In this document: in pieces, positions 39,565 to 47,666 of the stretch
How the letters are laid out: the number at the start of each line of letters is the position of its first letter
Position numbering within the stretch: the stretch's first letter is position 1
Assembly (NCBI GenBank): GCA_963779255.1
Contig: CAVZXU010000025.1
Coordinates: 67-64,066 of the forward strand
From: Terriglobia bacterium
Lineage (GTDB): Bacteria; Acidobacteriota; Terriglobia; Terriglobales; Acidobacteriaceae
DNA: 64,000 nt
Direction: 5' to 3'
Made by a program: the position numbers and the translations under genes
Notes under the pieces: generated by a model
The model's database searches: none
The model's input: the letters and a program-made list of their open reading frames with translations, nothing else
What the model was told of the DNA's origin: nothing

Positions 39565-39729
39565 ATGGCAATGGGCACACGCAAGCAGCGGGAGCGGCAA
39601 GAAGATTTCTGGGTCGCGCATACGGAAATCGCTTCGGCTCCGAGTCATCCTTTCTATCGGCGGCTGAACCAGCTGCTGGAGAGGGAAAAGTTCAGTCTGG
39701 GTTTGAGGGCTTCCGATTTTGGTTGCTAG
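39565..39729 (+). mobile_element. N-terminal remnant (54 codons) of an IS5/IS1182-type transposase
   Basis: MAMGTRKQRERQEDFWVAHTEIASAPSHPFYRRLNQLLEREKF.. matches the conserved N-terminus of that family (..SPGHPFYxxLNxLL..). The homology then ends. Confidence 0.6.
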
Positions 39730-40275
39730 CCTATTAGGACACCCGCATAAACACTGATTAAGACGCACTTCCACATCTGAGTGAGTCTCCGAAGTGTTTC
39801 CACAGAAAAGAACTCAATCTTCTCTTAGTCTCCGAGTGCTAGCTTGTTTCTGGAGACCAAGAGAGGCCGCACCGCCGGATATCCGGCTCCCAATCTGCCG
39901 CGTGGCGGAAGCGAGGGATCACCACGCAAAGGTGGACGTGGAGCAACGGGCCGGCGGGCAAGCCACGAGGGTAAGCGGACCGCCTGGGATGTGTTAGCCA
40001 GGTGCACGCTGAGAGTGTGGCAGGGGATCGGCTCGGTGTCTCCATTTACACCGCCACCAGAGCCATTCCCAGGCGATTCCCGAACTCTGGACATGTAGAC
40101 CACCCAATCGGTCCCAGGGCAGTTCTGGACGAATTCCTTGTTTCACAAACTGATGATTGCGTCCGAGCACGCCCCCTTCCCCGAAGAACCATCATGCGAT
40201 TTCCGAGCACATCCTGACGGTGCGCGTCAGCATCGAAGATAGAACTAGAGTCCGCCGGTAATTTCCCGCTCTCCC

Positions 40276-41148
40276 TTGCTGAGTGATTTTGCGCCCCGCT
40301 TTCTGGCGTGGCTTGAATCCAGCCACCTTACGCACGGAACCCGGCGCTACTACCGAGTCGGTTGGGGCATGATTCGCCGCACCCGGCTCATACATATGAA
40401 GGTCAACCGCATCACTTCCGACGAAGCCTGGGCGGCAAACTTTCCCGGATCACCTTCCGCCGTCAACAATGCGCTCCGCACGCTCCATCGGATGCTGAGC
40501 AAGGCTGTGGAATGGAAAGTCATCACCCGGACTCCCAAGATTCATCTGGCAAAGGAAGTGGGACGTTCCCAGCTCATGAACCCTGAAACCGAAGCCAAAC
40601 TGCTTTCGGTTGCCGATCAGCCGCTGCGGGATGTGATCATGATCATGCAGGACGGAGGAATGCGACCCGCCGAGGTGTTCAGAATGTCTATTGAGCACAT
40701 CGACTGGCAGCGAAACACCATCTTTGTCCCCTTTGGCAAAACCAGAAACTCGCGCCGTTTCGTTCCCATGAGCGAGCGGGTGATGAAAGCTCTGATGGTG
40801 CGAGTCGCAGATCGTTCGGAGGGCTGGGTATTCCCGTCCAAGCGTTCACGATCCGGCCACATCGAGACGGTTGAAAAGCTGTTCCTGGATGCACGCGGCA
40901 AGGCTGGATTGGGTGACGATGTGGTCCTGTACTCCGCCCGTCACACTTTCTGCACCTACGCGCTTGAAGAAACCGGAAACCTGGCAGCCTTGATGAAGGT
41001 GGCGGGTCATGCCGACGTCAAGACGGCCATGAAGTATCAACACCCAGAGACGAATTCCATTCGAGAAGCTATCGAGAGACGGAATCGGAATCAATGTCAC
41101 AATTCACGTCACAGCCCGGCGGAGAACGACGGCAAGTGGTCGAATTGA
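40276..41148 (+). CDS. Tyrosine recombinase / phage-type integrase
   Basis: MRPAEVFRM..W..IFVPFGKTRNSRRFVPMS.. and LYSARHTFCTYALEETGNLAALMKVAGHADVKTAMKYQH carry the R..HxxR..Y signature. The start is TTG; the N-terminal domain looks short. Confidence 0.85.
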   Translation: MLSDFAPRFLAWLESSHLTHGTRRYYRVGWGMIRRTRLIHMKVNRITSDEAWAANFPGSPSAVNNALRTLHRMLSKAVEWKVITRTPKIHLAKEVGRSQLMNPETEAKLLSVADQPLRDVIMIMQDGGMRPAEVFRMSIEHIDWQRNTIFVPFGKTRNSRRFVPMSERVMKALMVRVADRSEGWVFPSKRSRSGHIETVEKLFLDARGKAGLGDDVVLYSARHTFCTYALEETGNLAALMKVAGHADVKTAMKYQHPETNSIREAIERRNRNQCHNSRHSPAENDGKWSN

Positions 41149-41149
41149 T

Positions 41150-41224
41150 TGGTAGCGCTAACGGGAATCGAACCCGTGTTTGAAGATTGAGAATCTTCCG
41201 TCCTAACCCCTAGACGATAGCGCC
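41150..41224 (-). tRNA. tRNA-Glu (anticodon CUC)
   Basis: GGCGCUA UC GUCU AGGGGUUA GGAC G GAAGA UUCUCAA UCUUC AAAC ACGGG UUCGAUU CCCGU UAGCGCU A CCA. It folds by hand into a full cloverleaf, with a G1-U72 wobble and an encoded CCA. Confidence 0.9.
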
Positions 41225-41237
41225 GCCGGAGGCAGTC

Positions 41238-41246
41238 ATTATAACA
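41238..41246 (-). promoter_or_regulatory. Candidate extended -10 promoter element for tRNA-Glu
   Basis: The minus strand reads TGTTATAAT, ending 14 nt upstream of the mature tRNA 5' end. There is no good -35. Confidence 0.4.
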
Positions 41247-41488
41247 AAGCAAAACAGGCAAGGCCGTCCTGGGTAGCGCCGGCCTCTGGCCGGCCCGATG
41301 GGCGGGCGGGGACGTCAGCCAGAAAGCCGGCGGGGCGGCGGCGCTACGTTGTCGCCTGCCAGGCAATCACCTTATCTCTTGACAATATTCCCCTCCTGGA
41401 GCTAATTTCGTTTAGAGAATAAAAAGCGAAAGTGCGATTTGCAGCCTCGGCCAGCCGCCCCGGCGTTTCCCTGAAATTGAGGTCCTTA

Positions 41489-42424
41489 ATGTCCTCCCCA
41501 CTCTTTTACGCCCCGGCGGGCGGCGCGGTTGTCTTTACTGCAAAGAAGGAACCGACGCTGGTTTTACAACGGCTGGCGGCAATGCCCAAGCTGGCGGGGG
41601 TGACGGCGGCATCGCGGCTGGAGGTACGGCCTACGCCGGAGATGGTCTCCAGCGGAATTCGCGAGCTTGATGAGCTTGCCGGCGGGCTTCCACGGGGATG
41701 TTTGAGCGAGATTTGTGGACCAGCCTCTTCCGGACGCACCAGCGTGTTGCTGGCTGCCCTGGCAGCAGCTACCCGGCGCCAGGAAGTCTGTGCCCTGGTG
41801 GACACCACGGACGCGCTCGATGCGGTCTCGGCTGCAGCAGCGGGAGTTGAGCTGGAAAGATTGCTGTGGATACGCTGCGGGCGGGCGCCGGGCGCCGGAC
41901 CTCAGACCTCGGGCGTCAGCCCTCAGACCCCAGGAACGAAATTCGAAGTGCGGAACCCCAGGTCCGAGGCCCGAAGTCCGATGTCTGAAGTCCGACGTCC
42001 GACGCCCGAGGTCCGGTCTCTCGAGCAGGCGCTGCGAGTTACTGATCTGCTTTTGCAAAGTGGGGGCTTTGGCCTGGTGGCCATTGATCTCGGCGATGTG
42101 CCGGACGCGGCCGCGCGGCGGATTCCACTGGCTTCCTGGTTTCGCTTTCAGCGTGCCGTCGAACCCACTGCCACGGTGCTATTGGTGGTGGCCCAGGCGC
42201 CCTGCGCTCTGACTTGCGCTTCTCTGCTGATCAGGCTGCGGACCGGGAAACAGCTTTCAGCTATCAGCTCTCAGCTTTCAGTTAAAAGCGAACTTTCGCT
42301 GGCCCACGTGCAACTTCTGGATGGATTGCGCGTTGAAGGAGAGCTGCTGCGTTCGCGCATGCAGAGAAAACCGACACAATCCGTCACCGCGGTTTTCGCC
42401 ACAAAAGCGGTGCGGATTGCGTAG
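41489..42424 (+). CDS. imuA: ImuA-like (RecA/SulA-fold) translesion-synthesis accessory protein carrying repeat-derived insertions
   Basis: SSGIRELDELAGGLPRGCLSEICGPASSGRTSVLLAALAAA..VCALVDTTDALD..GVELERLLWIRCG. ATG at 41489 follows GAGG; a GTG at 41432 is possible. Confidence 0.7.
   Translation: MSSPLFYAPAGGAVVFTAKKEPTLVLQRLAAMPKLAGVTAASRLEVRPTPEMVSSGIRELDELAGGLPRGCLSEICGPASSGRTSVLLAALAAATRRQEVCALVDTTDALDAVSAAAAGVELERLLWIRCGRAPGAGPQTSGVSPQTPGTKFEVRNPRSEARSPMSEVRRPTPEVRSLEQALRVTDLLLQSGGFGLVAIDLGDVPDAAARRIPLASWFRFQRAVEPTATVLLVVAQAPCALTCASLLIRLRTGKQLSAISSQLSVKSELSLAHVQLLDGLRVEGELLRSRMQRKPTQSVTAVFATKAVRIA
41896..42014. repeat. Inverted pair of heptanucleotide arrays (CNGACCT type, then GANGTCC type), in frame inside imuA
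   Basis: 41896-41937 reads CGGACCT CAGACCT CGGGCGT CAGCCCT CAGACCC CAGGAAC. 41966-42014 reads GAGGCCC GAAGTCC GATGTCT GAAGTCC GACGTCC GACGCCC GAGGTCC. The outer ends are complementary (ccggacctc..gaggtccgg). Confidence 0.8.
42251..42285. repeat. Heptanucleotide array CAGCTNT x4-5, in frame inside imuA
   Basis: CAGCTTT CAGCTAT CAGCTCT CAGCTTT CAGTTAA, encoding ..QLSAISSQLSVK.. Confidence 0.75.
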
Positions 42425-42560
42425 TCCCACGGCAGCACCTTCGATTGCGCTCGGACAGGCGTTGCCGGTTGCATCTTGCTTTTTGCTGCGAGGGCGAGAC
42501 GCCCCTCGTGACAGCCGGCGGGACGCCGGCGCTACAAGCTGAGTGCTGATAGCTTTTCTC

Positions 42561-42588
42561 TGACGACCGACGACTGATGACTGATGAC
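42561..42588. repeat. Heptanucleotide array TGACGAC/TGATGAC x4, containing the imuB start codon
   Basis: TGACGAC CGACGAC TGATGAC TGATGAC. The ATG at 42584 lies inside the last unit. Confidence 0.75.
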
Positions 42589-44188
42589 TGCTTTCGCCTG
42601 CATCTACGTTCCTGACTTTCCGGTCGAGGCCCTGCTGCGCACCGAACCTGGCTTGCGCTCACAAGCTTTGGCCGTGCTTGAAGGCAAAGCGCCGCTGCAA
42701 ACGATTTTTGCTTTGAACGAAAAGGCGCGCCACGCCAGCGTTTCGCCGGGAATGACGAAACTTCAGGTGGAAGCCTGCTCTGATCTTGTACTGCGTCCAC
42801 GATCTTTATTACAGGAAGCCGCCGCCCACGCGGCCTTGCTCGACTGTGCCCAGTCATTTTCGCCGCGTGTGGAAGATGCGGGTTGTGACACCGTCCTTCT
42901 CGATCTCGCCGGCCTGGAGCCGCTTTTCGGTTCGCTGCCAAAAATCGCGCGGGATGTAGCGCGCCGTGCTTCCGATCTTGGCCTCGAAGCCAATGTTGCC
43001 GTGGCTTCCAACCCGGACACGGCCGTACTCGCGGCTCTCGGCTCTTCCGGTGTGATCGTGATTCCTGAAGGAAGAGAGGCCGAGCAGTTGGGCAATCTTC
43101 CCCTGGAAGTGTTGTTTACCGGAGGACACGATCTCCAAGCCCTGGACGTACTTGAGCGCTGGGGCATCCGAAATCTTCGCGCTCTGGCCGCGCTGCCTGA
43201 AGTCGCGCTGAGCGAGCGTCTGGGCCAGGAAGGCATTCGCCTGCAACAATTGGCGCGTGGCTGCAGTTCCCGATCGCTGGTTCCAGTCGAGCCGCCGCTG
43301 GTTTTCGAAGAGGCGATCGAACTGGAATATCCACTGGTGCTGCTCGAACCGCTGGCGTTTCTGCTGAGTCGTTTGCTGGAACAGCTGTGCGTCCGCCTGG
43401 GCGCGCGGGCATTAGCCACTCAGGAGTTAAACCTGGACCTGACCCTGGAATGCAGCACCCGAGAACACGTGGGGACGGGCGCCCCCGCCCGTCCGGGTCA
43501 AGCGCAAGCTCGACAAAGTTTCCACCGCGCCCTGCGCCTGCCTGTTCCCCTGCTGGACCCCAAAGTTTTCCTCAAGCTGCTGCAGCTTGATTTGAATGCA
43601 CACCCGCCCGGCGCTCCCATCGTGAAGATCCATTTATCGGCGGAGCCGGTGCGGCCGCGGGCAGCGCAGAGTGGTTTGTTCCTGCCTCCTTCTCCGGAGC
43701 CGGAAAAACTCGAACTCACATTGGCGAGGATTGCGGGAATTGTTGGTCAAAATAAAGTGGGGTCACTGCAACTGCTGGACACACACCGTCCAGAAGCATT
43801 CCGGATACAACATTTTGCCCCGGATCAGAGGCCGGAGCAGACGGCTCACAATCCCAAGGCATCCCGGAATGACAAATTCGGGGAATCTCAAAAACAAAAT
43901 GAAGTCGCGGTGACCGCGATGCGTATCTTCCGCCCACCCTTGCACGCCACCGTGACCCTGCAGGAAGGCAGGCCTGCGCGCATGGCTTGTCCCAGGCGCA
44001 AGGAGATTTGTGGGGAAATCCTCTGGGCCGCCGGTCCCTGGCGCACCTCTGGAGACTGGTGGGAGCAGGAAGGATGGGCCCGCGACGAGTGGGACATCGC
44101 GTTACAGGAAGCAACCGGCATCACGCTCTATCGCCTGGTCCGCGATTTGCTCAGCGGACAGTGGCAGGTGGAGGGAAGCTATGACTGA
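42584..44188 (+). CDS. imuB: ImuB (Y-family DNA polymerase-like, translesion synthesis cassette)
   Basis: MTAFACIYVPDFPVEALLR..LAVLEGKAPLQTIFALNEKARHASVSPGM..LLDLAGLEPLFG. It is 534 aa and lies directly downstream of imuA. Confidence 0.8.
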   Translation: MTAFACIYVPDFPVEALLRTEPGLRSQALAVLEGKAPLQTIFALNEKARHASVSPGMTKLQVEACSDLVLRPRSLLQEAAAHAALLDCAQSFSPRVEDAGCDTVLLDLAGLEPLFGSLPKIARDVARRASDLGLEANVAVASNPDTAVLAALGSSGVIVIPEGREAEQLGNLPLEVLFTGGHDLQALDVLERWGIRNLRALAALPEVALSERLGQEGIRLQQLARGCSSRSLVPVEPPLVFEEAIELEYPLVLLEPLAFLLSRLLEQLCVRLGARALATQELNLDLTLECSTREHVGTGAPARPGQAQARQSFHRALRLPVPLLDPKVFLKLLQLDLNAHPPGAPIVKIHLSAEPVRPRAAQSGLFLPPSPEPEKLELTLARIAGIVGQNKVGSLQLLDTHRPEAFRIQHFAPDQRPEQTAHNPKASRNDKFGESQKQNEVAVTAMRIFRPPLHATVTLQEGRPARMACPRRKEICGEILWAAGPWRTSGDWWEQEGWARDEWDIALQEATGITLYRLVRDLLSGQWQVEGSYD

Positions 44189-44193
44189 GGGCC

Positions 44194-44249
44194 CGGACGT
44201 CGGGCCTCGGACCTCGGACCTCGGATGTTGGACCCCGGACGGTGGACCT
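44194..44249. repeat. Heptanucleotide array CGGACCT type x8
   Basis: CGGACGT CGGGCCT CGGACCT CGGACCT CGGATGT TGGACCC CGGACGG TGGACCT. It starts 6 nt after the imuB stop and is the reverse complement of the GAGGTCC-type array at 41966-42014. Confidence 0.8.
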
Positions 44250-44254
44250 TAAAG

Positions 44255-44560
44255 ACCCGTGGCTATTCTGAGCCTGCTCAAGGTAGTGACTGTGATGCAG
44301 TCTTATCCAGCCTACCGGTGCACCATTGGCGGCCACACCGACGGCAAAGGCGGCAAGGAATATAACCAGAGGCTTTCCGAACGGCTCGCGCCACTTCCGT
44401 GAAGGCGTGGCTGGTGGCACGTGGCGCGTCAAATTAGATAAATACGCAGGGCTTTGGCGACACCAAACCCGTGGCTCCGAACACCAAGCCCGACGGCAGC
44501 GACGATCCAGACGGAAGGCAGAAAAACCGGCGGGTCGAAATCACCCTCAAAAAGCAGTGA
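44255..44560 (+). pseudogene. OmpA_C-like (peptidoglycan-binding) domain remnant, 5'-truncated and frameshifted
   Basis: ..VMQSYPAYRCTIGGHTDGKGGKEYNQRLSER.. is followed in other frames by ..GFGDTKPVAPNTKPDGSDDPDGRQKNRRVEITLKKQ-stop. Confidence 0.65.
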
Positions 44561-44687
44561 AAGCACGCGCGACAGCCAAGGCACTCGACCCTGCAACGCG
44601 GGAGCGAAACTACAGGGTCTATAGGGTTTTCACTGTATTCTGGGGCCCGTTAACTGTGCATATCCTGTTCAAACTGTGTTATCCCGG

Positions 44688-45212
44688 CTATTTCGTGATT
44701 ACGCCGCAGGCAATGCGGTCACCCGCGTTTCCGGCCGGGTCGGACTTCATGTCATCCGCCTTGGCATGAATCACCAGCGCCGTGCCGCCGTTGCCGAACA
44801 GGGAGTGGCTGTCGTCGCCCAGAGTTACGTCCTTGTTCACCACTTTGTACTTGGCTTTGCCCTTGGCGTTTACGGTGAAGTTGTTCATGTCCCCGGCGTG
44901 GTGGCCTTCGGGATTCTCCAGGCCATGCTTCTTTCCCTCGGGATTAAAGTGCGGGCCGGCCGATTTGAAATCCGGCGCGTCGCATTGCGCCTTCTGGTGA
45001 AAGTGCAAAGCGTGCACCCCGGGCGGAAGGTCGTGCAGTTTGAGCTCTATGGACACGCCCGACGATGCTCCCTTGCTCCATAGCACCGCCGTTCCCACGC
45101 TCTTGCCCTGCGCGTCTTTCAGTTCGACCGTAGTCTTGGCAGCTGCTGCGATCGACAGGGCGAAGAACGAACACAATCCGATGGCAAGTAAGAATGGCTT
45201 GGCGATTTTCAT
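44688..45212 (-). CDS. sodC: Periplasmic Cu/Zn superoxide dismutase
   Basis: Signal MKIAKPFLLAIGLCSFFALSIAAA. HALHFHQKAQC..GPHFNP..HHAGDMNNF..ALVIHAKADD..AGNAGDRIACGVI. Confidence 0.9.
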   Translation of the reverse strand: MKIAKPFLLAIGLCSFFALSIAAAAKTTVELKDAQGKSVGTAVLWSKGASSGVSIELKLHDLPPGVHALHFHQKAQCDAPDFKSAGPHFNPEGKKHGLENPEGHHAGDMNNFTVNAKGKAKYKVVNKDVTLGDDSHSLFGNGGTALVIHAKADDMKSDPAGNAGDRIACGVITK

Positions 45213-45430
45213 AGCTTGGCAATTATAAACGCTACAGCCTCTGCAAGTCGCCCCGTGCACTTCTACGCGCGGGCACAGTTTGAAATCTGCGCCGGCGTCA
45301 TCCTGAACGGCCTTTAGGCCATGAAGGATCTGGCACGCAGCAGTACAATTCCGGCCAACGTAATATCTGCTACACGCCAGATGCTTCGCAAGCTCAGCAT
45401 GACGCTGTCGCCGAGCGAGGCTGGGTATCG

Positions 45431-47147
45431 CTACCGCATGGAGACATAGAAGGCATTGTTCCCCGACCGCAGGTCTTTGCCATAGGAAAAGGCAACTCCG
45501 ACGCCAAACACGCGCACCGTGGCCTGAGGCCCCAGGTCCCACAACCATTTCTGCGAACCCAATCCGGCGGAGGCGTCGGTAATTTTGCCCGTGTCCAGAA
45601 ATGGCCCCAGCTTTACGGTAAAGATGCCGTTGCGATACACGTTCTTGTCGGCTTCCCAATTGGACAGGGAAATAATTCCGCCCCATCGGAGCGCTGCCCT
45701 TCCGGCCGTCGCGGGTCCCGATATGCCCTCGCATCTCAAGATCGTTATCGCGCTCGAGGCCAAGCATAAAGAGCTCGTCGAATGGAACCTCCCCGAACGT
45801 TTTGCCGGCCCTGATTCGGTGCTGTATCTCGTAGTCGTCGCCTTGCGATTGCGGAAGCCAGTGAAACCGCAATGAGCCTTGCAGCTTCTCGAATGAGTGC
45901 GAGGGTTGCGACCAGATACGCCCTGCCTGTGAGGACACGCCACCCTCCAGGGTCACTCGTCGTTCCGGCACACGCCAAAGCCCGGCGCTTAATTGCGTGA
46001 TTTGCTTGAGCTGGTATCCCTTGGTCAGCAGGCTCGGAGTAGACGCCGTTCCCGCAATCACGCTGCGGAAGTCGCGATGCGAAATTTCGGCTCCGGCAGA
46101 CCACTGCCAGCGCCCGCTTTCGAAAGAAGCGAAATCCACCCCCACCGCTTCTCGCCGCATGTTGAAGCTTCCCAACACGGGCGCCGGACCCTGAAACGAA
46201 TTCCTGATGTCCCAATTTTCACTGCGCAAGTCGGCGGTCAGTCCGTAGCGAAATTTTGGATTGGCCTTGAACGGACTCGACAGCCGCGCCAGCAGCCGCC
46301 GCTTGTCCGCATCCCAGCGATACATGGAGACGAAGTTGATGGCCAGGTGGCGCAGGTTGTAAACCTCCGGAGTAACGCTTTGAAAGGGCAAGCCCCGAAA
46401 CAGCAGAAACAGCTTTTCCAGCTTGCCCTGGCCCCATCCGTCGCGCTCGCGGTTGCGGAGAAGAATGTCAAACTTGCCCTCGTCGCGGGCCTGCAGATCA
46501 AATTGGTAGCGGGAGAAAATTTCCAGTCCGCGGAGGCGGACCTCGGTAGGCAGCAGATCGGGCAGGCGCAGGACGCTGGCCGGCGCGAAAGCCATCGCAC
46601 GATCGAGCAATGCCGCATTCAGTCGGGGCGGAGGCTGGCTTCGTATCTCCACAATTTGTGGCTTGCCCACGCGGTTCCAATACTTCAGGGCGGCTGCGAT
46701 ATTTCCCTGCAGAAAATAGACGGTGCCAAGAAAATCGTTGCCGTAGGAATCAGTGGGATCAAGACGCAAGGACCGCCGCAGGTGGCGCGCCGCGACTGGG
46801 TACCGCTTCTGCTTGAATGCCACTCCCGCCAGTTCCAGTGGAAATCGCTTGTCACCGTGCTGGAGCTGGGCTCCGGCCGCAGACGCCCGCTGCGCATCGT
46901 CCCAGCGTCCTAGTTGCGCGAGTGCCGTGCCGTAGTAGAAATCGAGTTCAGCCGAAGGGCGCTGTGAGGATTCGGCAAGGCCGACCACTTCCTGCCATGG
47001 CTGTTGGGCAGACAACTGCCGGGCGCGCTCGGCCAATGGGCCATCCGAGATTTGGGCAGCAGTCAGGGCCGCAAAGCTGAAGAAGAATACGAAGACAATA
47101 CTCGGGATCAGCGAGATTGGGTGTGAGGCAGTGCCAGCAGCGTCCAT
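45431..47147 (-). pseudogene. TPR + outer-membrane beta-barrel protein with a single frameshift (possibly a sequencing error)
   Basis: ATG at 47147 with a hydrophobic N-terminus. TPR-like units (DFYYGTALAQLGRWDDA, NDFLGTVYFLQGNIAAALKYW). Alternating beta-strand patterns. The frame changes at a C-run near 45667-45670 (..APMGRNYF / LSNWEADKNVY..). The C-terminus is ..GVAFSYGKDLRSGNNAFYVSMR. Confidence 0.6.
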
Positions 47148-47656
47148 TTTCCGGCTGCACTCCATTCCCGTTCGAAGCTCGGCCGGTCCTGTTGCAGAAG
47201 CTTGCGCTGCGCGGGATCGTTGACCATCACCATTTCCGGTCCCAGCCCACTCACAACCACATAGTGCAGAGCGCCGCCGCCCGCTGGTTTCAGGGCAACG
47301 ATCAAAGGGCGTCCCTGGGCGAGATGCTGTTGGAGGTCTTCCCACCCTCCGCGAATTGTAAACGTGCGGAACCCCTGCTCCTGAAAGTAGCGCTCCATAT
47401 CGGAAGCATAGATGCCGTGGGCTTTGGACGAATACAGTGTGCGCTGGATCCGGGTTGCGTCGGAAGCGTCGTTCGGCGGCTGACACCGCTGGGCCTGCCA
47501 GTATTGCATCACCATGGCAATGCTGGCCGCTCCGCAGCCGTCCTTTTCCTGCTTTACGAAAGGGACATCCAGCCAGACGCCGGGGAGGTCCGCAGCCAGC
47601 AGCATGCCGCAGACTCCGAACAGCAGGACCACGATCCTGACCATCCGACCAAACAT
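47108..47656 (-). CDS. C39-like cysteine peptidase domain protein (secreted)
   Basis: LDVPFVKQEKDGCGAASIAMVMQYW (catalytic Cys context), then ..ALHYVVVSGL..VMVNDP (His/Asp). A signal-anchor is present. The gene overlaps the next gene by 40 nt. Confidence 0.75.
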   Translation of the reverse strand: MFGRMVRIVVLLFGVCGMLLAADLPGVWLDVPFVKQEKDGCGAASIAMVMQYWQAQRCQPPNDASDATRIQRTLYSSKAHGIYASDMERYFQEQGFRTFTIRGGWEDLQQHLAQGRPLIVALKPAGGGALHYVVVSGLGPEMVMVNDPAQRKLLQQDRPSFEREWSAAGKWTLLALPHTQSR

Positions 47657-47666
47657 CTTGGAGGAC

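Larger units (their letters stand above)
37570..41224. mobile_element. Small, decayed integrative island inserted in tRNA-Glu(CUC)
   Basis: The element is bounded by the 48 bp direct repeat. The tyrosine integrase stop codon lies 1 nt from the intact tRNA 3' end. Cargo comprises a small ORF with a frameshifted Fic gene, an IS transposase fragment and a GC-rich structured region. Confidence 0.8.

Noticed and set aside
39780-40270. RNase P RNA, tmRNA or a complete group II intron in the GC-rich stretch upstream of the integrase
   Set aside because: None of the universally conserved RNase P or tmRNA blocks is present. There is no domain V/VI or intron-encoded protein. The stretch is kept only as a low-confidence 'structured remnant' finding.
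41360-41488. A LexA/SOS operator upstream of imuA
   Set aside because: I found no CTGT-N8-ACAG, GAAC-N4-GTTC or GTTC-N7-GTTC type palindrome. Only a TTGACA -35-like hexamer and a weak TTTCG..CGAAA inverted repeat are present, and I do not know the acidobacterial LexA motif.
44688-47486. A 932 aa open reading frame on the minus strand that looks like one giant gene
   Set aside because: It is a stop-free read-through across several units: sodC (44688..45212, with its own ATG and signal peptide), non-coding spacer, the out-of-frame tail region of the beta-barrel gene, and an upstream overlap with the C39-like gene. The middle part translates to Arg/Cys-rich nonsense. The true C-terminus of the barrel gene is in ORF 45431..45943.
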